63,929 bases of DNA, filler included, from Lama guanicoe (GCA_013239625.1; 104 parts of 104 records of this genome joined end to end with filler, not necessarily neighbours in it); one strand, 5' to 3'. Positions 48,020 to 61,883 are shown, numbered from the whole stretch's first letter. Numbers and translations: made by a program. Notes: generated by a model not told the origin, from the sequence alone.

Positions 48020-48120
48020 GAGGGAGGCATCATCCTTCCTTAAGAAATGAGAAATGCTGGGTTGGAGGGCTTAATATCACCCATAGGGCAAACGGCAGAG
48101 CCAGGAACCAAATCCACATC
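48020..48120 (-). mobile_element. Degenerate MIR fragment
   Basis: CATCCTT...AAATGAGAAA...GGCAGAGCCAGGAACCAAATCC. Confidence 0.45.
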
Positions 48121-48878
48121 CATAACCCCATTATACCACTGGGCTTCCAGCTGAAGCAACTCCAAGGACACAGAGGGGGAGAAGGAACAGCGGAGCTGGG
48201 AACGAGCAGAAGTCACACCCCTTTTCACACATCACTCTGCATCTAAGAACCATGTCCCAATGTCCATCCACCCTGCAGGGGAGGGTGTGGTGGTGGGGTC
48301 ACACAAGAACACGTGACCAGAAGGCATAAAAGCAGAGAGCATTGTGGGGCAGCCCACCCGAGGGGCCGAGATGAGACACTGGGCCTGAATCTAAACATGA
48401 CACAGTGACCCAGGAGGTGGTATGCCAGCGAGAATGAAGTCACAAATATGTTCACTTTCTCCCCACCCCCCGCCCCGACAGGGAGCTGGGAAGCAGGTGG
48501 CAAGTGGAGTGACTTTCTCCGGACCCCAGGGCAGACCCCACCCAGGCTGTGTGGGGTGTGCTCTGCGCTCCGCCAACCCTCTCTGGGGCTCTCCCTTTAC
48601 TGAGTCTGCGCGCGAGCTCCCTGTGATGCCAGCCCGCGGGACTGACAGGTGAGGCAGGTGTTTGTGCCTCTGGAGACACGATGGCTTCTCCGGGAAGGAG
48701 GGGCCAGGATGATCCCCACTGTGCCGACTGGGGACTGGGGAGACCCTGAGAGGCAGGCAGCTCGTCCAGGGTGACAGCNNNNNNNNNNNNNNNNNNNNNN
48801 NNNNNNNNNNNNNNNNNNNNNNTTAATTAATTAANNNNNNNNNNNNNNNNNNNNNNNNNNNNNNNNNNNNNNNNNNNN

Positions 48879-49721
48879 TCCGTTTAGGGAGAAGTCCTCT
48901 AAGTACTTCCTCAGTGGATCAGGTGGTTGTCACTGCTACTTGGACTCCAAGCCCAACCCCCAGCTTTCCCTCATGGCCTGGCCTAAAGGAACACTCAGGG
49001 AACAGAAGCTAAGGGATACTAATAGAATCCAGGTGCTGCTGTCAGTTTGAGGAACTTCCCCACACTCAGAATACCAGAACACTTCTTCGTGTGTGTGCTG
49101 GATGTAGGGAAACAGTCAAAGCATCTTTCAGGGGGCACATTTATTCCATGGTTGTGGGTTGTAGGTTAAAAACACACATCCCATGGATATGCTCTCGCTA
49201 ATACTTGCTTTAGAGCCCAATCCCCACTATCCCCCACTCTCCCGCCTAGGCATGCCATCAGTGAAGACAAGCTAAGGGATTCTATTAGAACCCAGGCGCT
49301 GCTGTCATTTGGAGGAGCCTCCCCACAATCAGGATACCTGAGCACGTCTCCGTGTGTGTGCTGGAGGTGGGGAAACAGATTCCACGCATCTTTATGGGGC
49401 ACAGGTGTTCCAAGGTTGGGGAAGTAGTTTAAAACCCTCCACTACCCACAGAGATGCACTCGCTACTACTTGGCTTTAGAGCCCGTCCCCCACCATCGCT
49501 TACTGCTAGGCCTAGGAAAACACTTAGGGAAGTCAAGCTAAGGGATTCTCTAAAAACCCAGATGCTGCTGTCTGTTGCAGGAACCTCCCCACACTCAGAA
49601 AACCAGAACAATACTTCCTGTGTGTGCTGGACGTGGGGAAACATTGCACACACATTTTCCAGGTTTCACAGTAATTCCCAAATTGTGGGTTGTATTTTAA
49701 ACATCTCCACTACCCATGGAG
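48879..49721 (+). repeat. Diverged relative of the 267-bp satellite, ~3 monomers
   Basis: AAGCTAAGGGATWCT...GCTGCTGTC...GGARCYTCCCCACA recurring at ~265-bp spacing (~49007, ~49270, ~49535). Confidence 0.88.
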
Positions 49722-49821
49722 NNNNNNNNNNNNNNNNNNNNNNNNNNNNNNNNNNNNNNNNNNNNTTAATTAATTAANNNNNNNNNNNNNNNNNNNNNNN
49801 NNNNNNNNNNNNNNNNNNNNN

Positions 49822-50023
49822 GGTCAGAAAAAGTTGCTTCAAATATTTTCTATCTTCTTCAAATTGTTAACTCTTCTTTTGTGCCAAAGTATATGATCTA
49901 TACTAGAAAATGTGGTATGTGCACTTGAGAAGAATGTATGTTCTATTTTAGGGAAATATAATGTTCTGAAAAATTTACCCAAGACAAATTGTTCTATTGT
50001 ATCATTTAATTTCTATGTTGTCT
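49822..50023 (-). mobile_element. LINE-1 ORF2 endonuclease-region fragment
   Basis: ATGTGCACTTGAGAAGAATGTATG; homologous to ~17960-18170. Confidence 0.85.
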
Positions 50024-50123
50024 NNNNNNNNNNNNNNNNNNNNNNNNNNNNNNNNNNNNNNNNNNNNTTAATTAATTAANNNNNNNNNNNNNNNNNNNNN
50101 NNNNNNNNNNNNNNNNNNNNNNN

Positions 50124-50848
50124 CCAAATACTGTGTTCTTTATTCTCTCTTCCATATTCTATATTCTGTGTTATACAATCTATATTCTAAATCGTATATT
50201 AAGTCGACTGTGTTCTATATACTAAATTCTGTATTCTACATTCTATATTCTAAATTCTTGATTCAGTATTCTGTTTGCTATAGTTTAAATTCTGTGTTCT
50301 GTATCCCATGTTCTAATTTATGGGTTCTATATTCTGTACTCTATATTCTATATTCTGTGTTCTACTTTCTATATACTAAATTCTATATTCAATATTCTGT
50401 ATTCTATATTCTAATTTCTGTGTTCTACTTTCTTTATCTAAATCCTATATTCAGTAATATGTATTCTATATTCTAAATTGTGTGTTCTGCATTCCATGTT
50501 GTAAATTCTCTATTCTATATTCTGTATTCTGTGTTCTATATTCTAAATTCTGTGTTCTGAATTCCATGTTCTAAATTCTATGTTCTAAATCCTATATTCT
50601 GTATTCTATATTCTAAATTCTGTGTTCTGCATTCCATGTTTTAAATTCTGGGTTCTGTATTCGTTTATCCATATTCTGTATTCTGTGTTCTACATTCTAT
50701 ATTCTAAACTTTATATTCAGTATACTCTATTCTATATTCTAAATTCTGTGTTCGGAATTCCATGTTCTAAATTCTATATTCAGCGTTGTGTATTGTATAT
50801 ATTTTCTAAATTTTGTGTTCTACATTCTAAATTCTAAATTCTATATTC
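50124..50848 (+). repeat. Heptamer satellite
   Basis: Tandem NNNNTTC heptamers. Confidence 0.95.
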
Positions 50849-51549
50849 NNNNNNNNNNNNNNNNNNNNNNNNNNNNNNNNNNNNNNNNNNNNTTAATTAA
50901 TTAANNNNNNNNNNNNNNNNNNNNNNNNNNNNNNNNNNNNNNNNNNNNAATTTGAAACTGCTTTTTCCTTTTCACAACATGTAGCAATTTAAATCTGGTA
51001 TATCAGACTTGTAATAAACCACACTCATTTTCATCATTTTCTTCCTCTGTATAACTAAACTTCTCAGAAATAGTTTTTAAAATTTCTGCCATCTTTGTTT
51101 CTAATAAAAAAAAATCCACTATCCATTTGTTTTAAGAGTTGTACAAAGACCTCCACTCTATTGAAGAATAAAACTTTCACACAGTGGAGTTACATATACT
51201 TTCAATTTTCTTCCAGATGTTTGCTTTAGCTATTATTTAATACATTATTCAAGAATCAAAGCACTGGATAGGCTGCTTTATGTGAACCATTAAGCTATAC
51301 ATTAAATATTTATTAGAGGAAAAATAAATCAGGAGATACTGTCATTTTTCTAGAATTACAGTTTAATACAAACTCAATTTAGTCCACAATCATAAAAACT
51401 ATTAGAAATTCAATTGCCTTATGTGCATATTTTAGAAAATATTCTCTCGAGTATGACTTTTAAAGGGAGGAACATTTTCTCTTTTATGTGAGTTAAGATC
51501 TCAGAATGTTCAGGGTCAAACCTTTGTGAACTTTTAGTTAAGCACAGTA

Positions 51550-51660
51550 ATATCATTTTTGATATTGGAAACTGAGACTCCAAATGATAAAATGACGCAT
51601 CCAAGATTACACAGCTTCATAGTTGTAAAGCTGAGACTAGAATCTGTGTGTTTTAATTCC
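51550..51660 (-). mobile_element. MIR fragment
   Basis: GGAAACTGAGACTC...TGAC...CCAAGATTACACAGC...GCTGAGACTAGAATC. Confidence 0.65.
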
Positions 51661-52011
51661 TTTTCTTGTGCTCCTTCTACTACATAATATAGAAAAATTA
51701 AATTGAAGTGAATTAAAGCCCTTATCATTATAACTTCCCCAATAGTCCCATTTTTGCTCTTTAGAGCAAGACAGAGTTAAATGTTTCTTCTTCTACATAC
51801 AATTGCTCATACAGCTAAAAATTGATGGTATATTTCTTCTCCCTGTATTTAATCTGACTACTTCATCTCCTTGGTTAGTTTCTTCTGGACAGTCTCTAAT
51901 TTGTCAAAATCNNNNNNNNNNNNNNNNNNNNNNNNNNNNNNNNNNNNNNNNNNNNTTAATTAATTAANNNNNNNNNNNNNNNNNNNNNNNNNNNNNNNNN
52001 NNNNNNNNNNN

Positions 52012-52638
52012 TATTCTAAATTCTGTGTTCTGCATTCCATGTTCTAAATTCTAATTTCTGATTTCTTTTTTCCATATTCTATATTCTGTTTTCTAAATAC
52101 TATATTCTGTATTCTATATTCTGCATTCCGTATTCTATATTCAATATTCTGTGTTCTACATTCTATATTCTAAATACTATATTCAGCTTACTGTATTCTA
52201 TATTATAAACTCTGTGTTCTACATTCTATATTCTAAATACTATATTCAGCTTACTGTATTCTATATTATAAACTCTGTGTTCTACATTCTATATTCTAAA
52301 TACTATATTCAGCTTACTGTATTCTATATTATAAACTCTGTGTTCTACATTCTATATTCTAAATTATATATTCAGTATTATGTAATCTTTATTCTTAATT
52401 CTGTGTTCTGCATAGCATGTTCTTAATGCTGGATTCTCTACTCTGTATTCTACTTTCTGTACTCTGTGTTCTACCTTCTATATTCTAAATTCTATCTGCA
52501 GTATTATGTATTCTATAATCTAAATTATGTGTTCTGCTGTCCATGTTCAAAATTCTGGGTTCTCTATTCTCTATTCTATATTCTGTGTACTACATTGTAT
52601 ATTTTAAAGTCTATATTCAGTATTCTGTATTCTATATT
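52012..52638 (+). repeat. Heptamer satellite with 63-bp triplication
   Basis: 63-bp unit, visible as a 21-aa repeat in the ORF track. Confidence 0.95.
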
Positions 52639-52738
52639 NNNNNNNNNNNNNNNNNNNNNNNNNNNNNNNNNNNNNNNNNNNNTTAATTAATTAANNNNNN
52701 NNNNNNNNNNNNNNNNNNNNNNNNNNNNNNNNNNNNNN

Positions 52739-53235
52739 TTCTATATTCTGCATTCCGTCTTCTATATTCTATATTTTGTGTTCTACAGACTATATTCTGA
52801 ATCCTATATTCAGTATTCTGTATTCTATATTCTAAATTCTGTGTTCGGCATTCCATGTTCTAAATTCTATATTCAGCATTCTGTATTCTATATATATTCT
52901 AAATTTTGTGTTCTACATTATATATACTAAATTCTATATTCAGTATTCTCTATTCTATATTCTAAATTCTGTGTTCGGCATTCCATGTTCTAAATTCTAT
53001 ATTCAGCATTCTGTATTCTATATATATTCTAAATTTTGTGTTCTACATTATATATACTAAATTCTATATTCAGTATTCTCTATTCTATATTCTAAATTCT
53101 GTGTTCGGCATTCCATGTTCTAAATTCTATATTCAGCATTCTGTATTCTATATATATTCTAAATTTTGTGTTCTACATTATATATACTAAATTCTATATT
53201 CAGTATTCTCTATTCTATATTCTAAATTCTGTGTT
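52739..53235 (+). repeat. Heptamer satellite with 130-bp triplication
   Basis: GTGTTCGGCA at 52841, 52971 and 53101. Confidence 0.95.
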
Positions 53236-53336
53236 NNNNNNNNNNNNNNNNNNNNNNNNNNNNNNNNNNNNNNNNNNNNTTAATTAATTAANNNNNNNNN
53301 NNNNNNNNNNNNNNNNNNNNNNNNNNNNNNNNNNNA

Positions 53337-53600
<264 letters not shown>

Positions 53601-53699
53601 CTATAAGGCAAATCTGGGTGAGAAACCGAGGAGTGGAGAAGGAGGAAGCTTCCTTAAGTTGTCTAATAGGAAGGAAAAACCTTTTGAAAGGGACAATTG

Positions 53700-53865
53700 A
53701 CTAAGAGCCTACTATGGGACAGACGCTTCTCGGGTGTGTGACCTAGCTATTTCAATTTTCCTAACAGCTGTAAGCCCATTTTACAGACAAAGAAACTGAA
53801 ACTCGACAGAAGTTAACCTACATTTGCTTGAGATTACACCCTGAACCCAGGCTATGTATAGCTCT
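53700..53865 (-). mobile_element. MIR fragment
   Basis: GAGCCTACTATG...CCCATTTTACAGACAAAGAAACTGA...TGAACCCAGG. Confidence 0.7.
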
Positions 53866-54143
53866 AACCGCAGAGTGCTTGTTATTTGCACTAGTTTAAA
53901 GTGTTCAAAACTCTTGAGAGTTCAAAGAACTTGAGAAAGATGGGTGAACAAACAGTGCTGGAAGTATTGGTGTGTTTAGTCTCCTCCCCTCCCCCAAATC
54001 AACTTAGGTCCTCACTTCACAATATACATCTCAATAAATTCCANNNNNNNNNNNNNNNNNNNNNNNNNNNNNNNNNNNNNNNNNNNNTTAATTAATTAAN
54101 NNNNNNNNNNNNNNNNNNNNNNNNNNNNNNNNNNNNNNNNNNN

Positions 54144-54586
54144 AAGCTCCAACTCGGTTTTACGGTGAAAAATTCAGGAACTTCAATCCGGCTCTAGGAA
54201 ACAGACTGACAAACCACAGTAATTGTTTCGCCTGCAACCTGTTCCCTTTGTGCTAGATGAAATAACGTCTCTCCACATGCTCAGTTTTGAGTGTTAAGCG
54301 TGTGTGAAAGCCTTCATTCACCTAGCTTTTTGGGAACACAAAGTTTCTCTTCAGTTACAGACTCCACTCCATACATATATATGGGTCGGTACAAGCTCCA
54401 ACTCAGTTGTACAGTGAAAACTGTAGGAACTTCAAACCGGCACTAGGAAACAGACTGAGAAACCAGAGTAAGTGTTCTTCCTGCAACCTGTTCCCTTGGT
54501 GCTAGATTAACGAATGTCTCTCCACATGCTCAGTTTAGAGAGTTAAGCGTATGTGAAAGCCGTCCTTCACCTAGCTTGTTGGGAAC
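54144..54586 (+). repeat. 249-bp satellite, subfamily X
   Basis: GCTAGAT, GTTAAGCG and GCTTGTTGGGAAC. Confidence 0.95.
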
Positions 54587-54686
54587 NNNNNNNNNNNNNN
54601 NNNNNNNNNNNNNNNNNNNNNNNNNNNNNNTTAATTAATTAANNNNNNNNNNNNNNNNNNNNNNNNNNNNNNNNNNNNNNNNNNNN

Positions 54687-55468
54687 CCCTCCTAGCATTC
54701 CCTGGCACAGAGACATGAGGAAAACCCTCAAGGGATTCGAGCACAGGCATTCCGTTAGAAGCCACGCGCTGCCGACCGATGGTGGAACCTCCCCACGCTC
54801 AGGATTCCGGAATCATAGTCATTGAGTGGGGGATCTCTAGAGACAACTCCACGCAGCTCTCTTCAGTCACAGGTGTTCCCTGCTCGGGGAAGTCCGAGAA
54901 ATACCTTCCCTGACCATGGGGCGGCAGGCTCTGTCACATGGATTTCCTGCAACCCCTCCTAGCATTCCCTGGCACAGAGATATGAAGAAAACCCTCAGGG
55001 GAGACGAGCACAGGCATTCCTTATAACCCAAGTGCTGCCGACCGTTGGTGGAACCTCCCCACGCTCAGGATTCCGGAACCATTGTCATTGAGTGGGGGAG
55101 CTCGAGAGACAACTCCACGCAGCTCTCTTCAGTCACAGGTGTTCCCTGCTCGGGGAAGTCCGAGAAATACCTTCCCTGACCTTGGGGAGGCAGCCTCTGT
55201 CACTGGGATTTCCTGCAACAACCCGTAGCATTCCCTGGCACAGAGATATGAAGAAAACCCTCAGGGGAGACGAGCACAGGCATTCCGTTAGAACCCACGC
55301 GCTGCCGACCGTTCGTGGAACCTCCCAACGCTCAGGATTCCGGAACCATTGTCATTGAGCGGGGAATTTCGAGAGAAAACTCGACGCATCTCTCTTCAGT
55401 CACAGGTGTTCCCTGCTCTGGGAAGTGCTAGAAATAACTTCCCTGACCTTGGGGAGGCAGCCTCTGTC
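54687..55468 (+). repeat. 267-bp satellite, subfamily B, ~2.9 monomers
   Basis: GAGCACAGGCATTCC and GTCATTGAG. Confidence 0.96.
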
Positions 55469-55568
55469 NNNNNNNNNNNNNNNNNNNNNNNNNNNNNNNN
55501 NNNNNNNNNNNNTTAATTAATTAANNNNNNNNNNNNNNNNNNNNNNNNNNNNNNNNNNNNNNNNNNNN

Positions 55569-56070
55569 TTCACTTAGCTTGAAGGGAACACAAATTTTCT
55601 TTTCAGTTGCCAACTCCTATCCATACATATATATGGGGAGGTATAAGCTCAAACTCGTTTTTGCAGTGAAAAGAGCAGGCACTTCAAACCGGCACTAGAA
55701 TACAGACTGAGAAACCAGAGTAAGTGTTTCTCCTGCAACCCGTTCCCTTTGTGCTGGATGAACGAACGTCTCTCCACATGCTCAGTTCTGAGAGATAAGT
55801 GTGTGTGAAAGCCGTCCTTCACTTAGCTTGAAGGGAACACAAATTTTCTTTTCAGTTGCCAACTCCTATCCATACATATATATGGGGAGGAACAAGCTCC
55901 AACTCGGCATTACAGAGCAAACCGTAGGAATTTCAAACCGGCACTAGAATACAGACTGAGAAACCAGAGTAAGTGTTTCTCCTGCAACACTTTCACTTTG
56001 TGCTGGATGAACGAAAGTCTGTCCACATGCTCAGTTTTGAGAGACAAGTGTGTGTGAAAGCCGTCCTTCA
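55569..56070 (+). repeat. 249-bp satellite, subfamily Y
   Basis: GCTTGAAGGGAACAC and GCTGGATGAA. Confidence 0.95.
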
Positions 56071-56170
56071 NNNNNNNNNNNNNNNNNNNNNNNNNNNNNN
56101 NNNNNNNNNNNNNNTTAATTAATTAANNNNNNNNNNNNNNNNNNNNNNNNNNNNNNNNNNNNNNNNNNNN

Positions 56171-56760
56171 TATAGAATGATGAACACAAAATATAGAGTA
56201 TAGAATAGAGATTATAGAATACAGAATTTAGGACATGGAATGTAGAACACATAATTTAGAATATAGAATACCGAAAACTGAATGTAGAATATGAATATAC
56301 AATGTAGAACACCGAATATAGAATATACAATGTGGAATGCAGGATATAGAATACAGAATATAGAATGTTCAACACAGAATATAGAAATAGGAAAACAAAA
56401 TACAGAACCCAGAATTTAGAACATGGAATGCAGAGCACAGAATTTAAAATATACAATACAGAATACTGAATATAAAATTTCGAACATACAATGTAGATCA
56501 CAGAATATGGAATGTAGAATACGGGATGCAGAATATTGAGTACAGAATATAGAATATAGAACACAGAATTTAGAATATGGTAAACAGAATATAGAAGCCA
56601 GAATATACAACATGGAATGCACTACACAGAATTTAAAATATAGAATACAGAATACTGAATATCGAATTTGAATATAGAATGCAGAACACAGAATATAGAA
56701 TATAGAATACGGCATGCAGTATATAGTATACAGAATATAGAATGTAGAATACAGAATATA
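56171..56760 (-). repeat. Heptamer satellite; 56409-56760 colinear with 2571-2922
   Basis: Shared rare variants GCAGAGCAC, TTTCGAAC, GTAGATCAC, GCACTACAC, ATATCGAA. Confidence 0.96.
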
Positions 56761-56860
56761 NNNNNNNNNNNNNNNNNNNNNNNNNNNNNNNNNNNNNNNN
56801 NNNNTTAATTAATTAANNNNNNNNNNNNNNNNNNNNNNNNNNNNNNNNNNNNNNNNNNNN

Positions 56861-57705
56861 TGTTCTGCAATCCATGTTCTAAATTCTGGGTTCTATATAC
56901 TATTTTCTAATTTCTACATTCTGTGTTCTACATTGTATATTGTAAATTCTATATTCAGCATTCTGTATTCTATATTCTAAATTTTGTGTTCTACATTCTA
57001 TATTCTAAATTCTATATTCAGTATTCCGTATGCTATTTCTAAATTCTGTGTTCTGCATTCCATGTTCTAAATTCTGGGTTCTATATACTATTTTCTAATT
57101 TCTACATTCTGTGTTCTACATTGTATATTGTAAATTCTATATTCAGCATTCTGTATTCTATATTCTAAATTTTGTGTTCTACATTCTATATTCTAAATTC
57201 TATATTCAGTATTCCGTATGCTATTTTTAATTCTGTGTTCTTCATTCCATGTTCTAATTTCTGTGTTCTATAATCTATATTCTATATTCTATACTCTGTG
57301 TTCTACCTCCTATATTCTAAATTCTTTATTCAGTTTTCTGTATTCTATAATATATATTCTGTTTTCAGCATTATATATTCAAAATCCTACATTCAGTATA
57401 CTGTATTTATATTCGAAATTCTGTGTTCTGCATTCCATGTTCTAAATTTTGTGTTCTACATTCTATATTCTAAATTCTGTGTTCTGCTTTCCATTTTCTA
57501 AATTCTGGCTTGTCTATTCTCTATTCTATATTCTATAATTTGCGTACTTCATACTATATTCTACAAACTATATTTTGCATTCCGTATTCAATACTCTACA
57601 TTCTGTGTTCTACATTCTATATTCTCTGTTCTATATTCAGTATTCTGTATTCTGCGTTCTAAATTCTGTGTTCTGCATTCCTTGTTCAAAATTCTGCGTT
57701 CAATA
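56861..57705 (+). repeat. Heptamer satellite with 188-bp duplication
   Basis: CATGTTCTAAATTCTGGGTTCTATATAC at 56873 and 57061. Confidence 0.95.
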
Positions 57706-57805
57706 NNNNNNNNNNNNNNNNNNNNNNNNNNNNNNNNNNNNNNNNNNNNTTAATTAATTAANNNNNNNNNNNNNNNNNNNNNNNNNNNNNNNNNNNNNNN
57801 NNNNN

Positions 57806-58285
57806 ATCAACAGGGCATTCCAGGTTCCGTAAATGCTACATGCATGATGGATTCATCCAAAATGGGTTTCTAAGTTGTGAGCATGTGGATTAGTGAACTT
57901 TCATCCACCAAACAAGGCATATATACACTTAGAACAATTTACTCTGACTTCATAGGTTTTTTCTATTACCTGGTTCTAAAATCGGACATTTGGCACCAGA
58001 AAACACCCTTTGAGCGAATTCTCAAATATACACATGTAACTTACATTGTTTATATAAACATGGCATTCCGTATTCCGAACATGTTTCATGCAATACCGAT
58101 TCCTCAAACATGCATTTCTGAGTTGTGTACATGCACATGTGAGATGATTCAACTATAAGAATTTACCTATGCACTTTGAAATATTTAGTTTTACTTCGTA
58201 ATTTCTTCCTATCACCAGTTTCAAGAATCACACTTCATCTCAGAAAAACCCTCTTGGAGCGAATTCTACCCTAGAGATATGTAAT
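57806..58285 (-). repeat. AT-rich ~247-bp satellite (second contig)
   Basis: Reverse complement is colinear with ~22926-23400 (same monomer order). Confidence 0.9.
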
Positions 58286-58768
58286 NNNNNNNNNNNNNNN
58301 NNNNNNNNNNNNNNNNNNNNNNNNNNNNNTTAATTAATTAANNNNNNNNNNNNNNNNNNNNNNNNNNNNNNNNNNNNNNNNNNNNATGCTGCAGGACTCC
58401 CTGATCCATCACCTTTATGTCCTGGAGCTGCTCCAGTAGTGAATGATTTTCTGTGGCTTGGAGATAATGTGGTCTGATGGAGATGATCAGATGTGCAGTT
58501 AAAATGCTATTACTTGAAATAAGAGTAACCTAGAAACATTGCTCTAACAATACAGGATGAGGGAGGAGAATTGGCTGAGCTGCTTGCAGTGGGGAGTCTT
58601 CTCAGTTGACTCCCTCACTGTGACTCCTGCCAATATCCGCCCCAGCCCTGCACGGTAGTCCTGCCGAANNNNNNNNNNNNNNNNNNNNNNNNNNNNNNNN
58701 NNNNNNNNNNNNTTAATTAATTAANNNNNNNNNNNNNNNNNNNNNNNNNNNNNNNNNNNNNNNNNNNN

Positions 58769-59426
58769 ATAAAATGTATAACGCAGAATAAAGAAAATAG
58801 AATACAGAATGTAGAATTAAAAATACAGATATAGAATATAGAACACAGAATATAGAATATGGATAACAGAATACAGAACACAGAATTTAAAATATGGAAT
58901 GCAGAACACAGAATTTAGAATATAGAATACAGAATATTGAATATAGAGTTTAGAATTTAGAAATTAGAACACAGAATATAGAATATAGATTATAGAATTT
59001 AGAACATGGAATTCAGAACACAGAATGTAGAATATAGAACACAGGATACCGAATATAGAATTAAGAATAACGAATGTAGAACACAGAATATAGAATATAG
59101 ATTATAGAATTTAGAACATGGTATACAGAACACAAAATTTAGAATAAAGAATACAGAATATTGAATATAGAGTTTAGAATTTAGAAATTAGAACACAGAA
59201 TATAGAATATTGAATAGAAAATATAACACCCAGTATTTAGAACATGAAATGCAGAAAACAGAACTTAGATTATAGAAAACATAATACTGAATATAGAATT
59301 TAGAATATACAATGTAGAACACAAAATTTAGAATATAGAATACAGAATGCTGAATATAGAATTTACGATATAGAACATAGAACACAGAATATAGAAAATA
59401 GAAAAGAGAATTTAGAACACAGAATT
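58769..59426 (-). repeat. Heptamer satellite
   Basis: Tandem GAANNNN heptamers. Confidence 0.95.
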
Positions 59427-59526
59427 NNNNNNNNNNNNNNNNNNNNNNNNNNNNNNNNNNNNNNNNNNNNTTAATTAATTAANNNNNNNNNNNNNNNNNN
59501 NNNNNNNNNNNNNNNNNNNNNNNNNN

Positions 59527-59548
59527 AGAGAGAGAGAGAGAGAGAGAG
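59527..59548 (+). repeat. (AG)11 microsatellite truncated by contig start
   Basis: Direct reading. Confidence 0.9.
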
Positions 59549-59599
59549 TGGTTGAAATGGACGTCAGGCGAAGGGGATTGAGCCTAAGTATAATTGTGA

Positions 59600-59979
59600 T
59601 CTGAAGAATTTTGAAACAATAGAGCAAGTGTAATATTTAATACTGAAATCTAATAAAAAGCTGTCCATAAATAAAAGGAGACACGAATCAGGGCTCACTG
59701 AGAACTGAGGAGAATGAGTTAGGTATCTGAGAAATATTCTGGTAAAACCACTAGACTTTAAAGATAAAGAAAGCCCATTAAGGCCTATAGGCAAAAAGAT
59801 AAAATACATTACAAAGGCAAGAGGATCAGAATGGCGTCACATTCCACAGAACTACACACAAGGCAAGGCAACAGCAAACCAGCATCTTGAGTGAGCTGGA
59901 GGAAGAAAGTGCAAACGAAGGCTATTATAACCAGCTGTATGCTCCTTCGATTATCAAGGCTGTATGAAAATAGCTTGGA
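59600..59979 (+). mobile_element. Probable very old LINE-1 ORF1 remnant
   Basis: AAATATTCTGGTAAAA...ACTTTAAAGATAAAGAAA...AAAGGCAAGAGGATCAGAATGGC resembles ORF1 HILVK..FKDKEK...KGKRIRL. Confidence 0.5.
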
Positions 59980-60079
59980 NNNNNNNNNNNNNNNNNNNNN
60001 NNNNNNNNNNNNNNNNNNNNNNNTTAATTAATTAANNNNNNNNNNNNNNNNNNNNNNNNNNNNNNNNNNNNNNNNNNNN

Positions 60080-60581
60080 TTCAGTATTCTGTATTCTATA
60101 TTCTAAATCCTGTGTTCTGCATTTCATTACTAAATTCTAGGTTGTATATGCTCTTTTATATATTCTATATTTTCTGTTCTTGAATCTGTATTCTACATTC
60201 TATAATCTGCATTCCGTATTCTATATTCTATATTCTGTGTTCTACATTGCATATTCTAAATTCTATATTCAGTATTCTGTATTCTATACACTTAATTCTG
60301 TGTTCTGCATTCCATTACTTTATTCAAGGTTCTATGATCTCTTTTATATATTCTATACTTTGTGTTCTTCATTCTATTTTCTACATTCTATATTCTGCCC
60401 TCCGTATTCTATATTCTATATTCTGTGTTCTACATTGCATATTCTAAATTCTATATTCAGTATACTTTATTCTATATTCTAAATTCTGTGTTCTGCATTC
60501 CATGTTCTAAATTCTATATTCAGTATACTTTATTCCATGTTCTATATTCTGTGTTCTACATTCTATATTCTAAATTCTATA
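60080..60581 (+). repeat. Heptamer satellite
   Basis: Tandem NNNNTTC heptamers. Confidence 0.95.
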
Positions 60582-61109
60582 NNNNNNNNNNNNNNNNNNN
60601 NNNNNNNNNNNNNNNNNNNNNNNNNTTAATTAATTAANNNNNNNNNNNNNNNNNNNNNNNNNNNNNNNNNNNNNNNNNNNNAAGTGGGTTGGAAGTCATC
60701 CAAGCTAGGTGGGTACTGCGGTCCCTGTTGTAAATTGATCTTACAAACACCTGCTTGTTGTGTGAAGTTATGCAAAAAAATCATCCTTGAGTTCTTGCCT
60801 TTTTTTTTTCTTTTCATTTTTAAACTTTTGAAGCACTCTGGAACTTGTCAATTAAATCAAGAAAACATAAATAAATCTCTCTGAATTTGAAAGGGGCAGA
60901 CGAATTTTTGTTTAAAGCACAGTTCTCTTGACTAAATTATAATTAATCATTTTCATGTGTTATGGAGGGTTTTTTAAAAATTATTTTTACCCACAATGTG
61001 CTTGACTGGGAGAGTGTTAACCTAGTTTTAATAGATGAAAAACAGGATGTTAATGTCCCATAACCTGAAGGCAAGAAAAAGGATAGAGAATTTGATCAAA
61101 ATATTCATA

Positions 61110-61171
61110 ATTTTTTTTTTTTGGTTTCTTTTTGGGGGGTGGGGGGAATTAAGTTTATTTACTTATTTATT
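61110..61171 (-). mobile_element. 3' tail of a Vic-1-type SINE cut by contig end
   Basis: Reverse complement AATAAATAAGTAAATAAACTTAATTCCCCCC...poly(A) parallels the tail of the element at 7872-7997. Confidence 0.65.
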
Positions 61172-61271
61172 NNNNNNNNNNNNNNNNNNNNNNNNNNNNN
61201 NNNNNNNNNNNNNNNTTAATTAATTAANNNNNNNNNNNNNNNNNNNNNNNNNNNNNNNNNNNNNNNNNNNN

Positions 61272-61783
61272 GTTCCGGAATCCTGAGCGAGTGGAAGGTT
61301 CCACCAACAGTCGGCAGCGCATTGGGTTCTAACGGAATGCCTAAGCTCTTCTCCCCTGAGGGTTTCCCTAATGTCTCTGTGCCACGGAATGCTAGGGGGG
61401 TTTGCAGGTAGTCCCAGTGTCAGAGGCTGCCTCCCCAAGTTCAGGAAGGTATTTCTCGGACTTCCCCGAACAGGGAACACCTGTGACTGAAGAGAGCTGC
61501 GTGGAGATGTCTCTCGAGCTCCCCCACACACTGACAATGGTTCCGGAATCCTGAGCGAGTGGAAGGTTCCACCAACAGTCGGCAGCGCATTGGGTTCTAA
61601 CGGAATGCCTAAGCTCGTCTCCCCTGAGGCTTTTCCTAATCTCTCTGAGCCAGGGAATGCTAGGGGTGTTTGCAGGTATTCCCAGGGATTGAGGCTGCCT
61701 CCCCAAAATCAGGGAAGCTATTTCTCGGACTTCACCGGACAGGGAACACCTGTGGCTGAAGAGAGCTGCGTGGAGTTGTCTCT
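61272..61783 (-). repeat. 267-bp satellite, subfamily C
   Basis: CCTAAGCTC.TCTCCCCTGAGG and CCCCGAACAGGG. Confidence 0.95.
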
Positions 61784-61883
61784 NNNNNNNNNNNNNNNNN
61801 NNNNNNNNNNNNNNNNNNNNNNNNNNNTTAATTAATTAANNNNNNNNNNNNNNNNNNNNNNNNNNNNNNNNNNNNNNNNNNNN

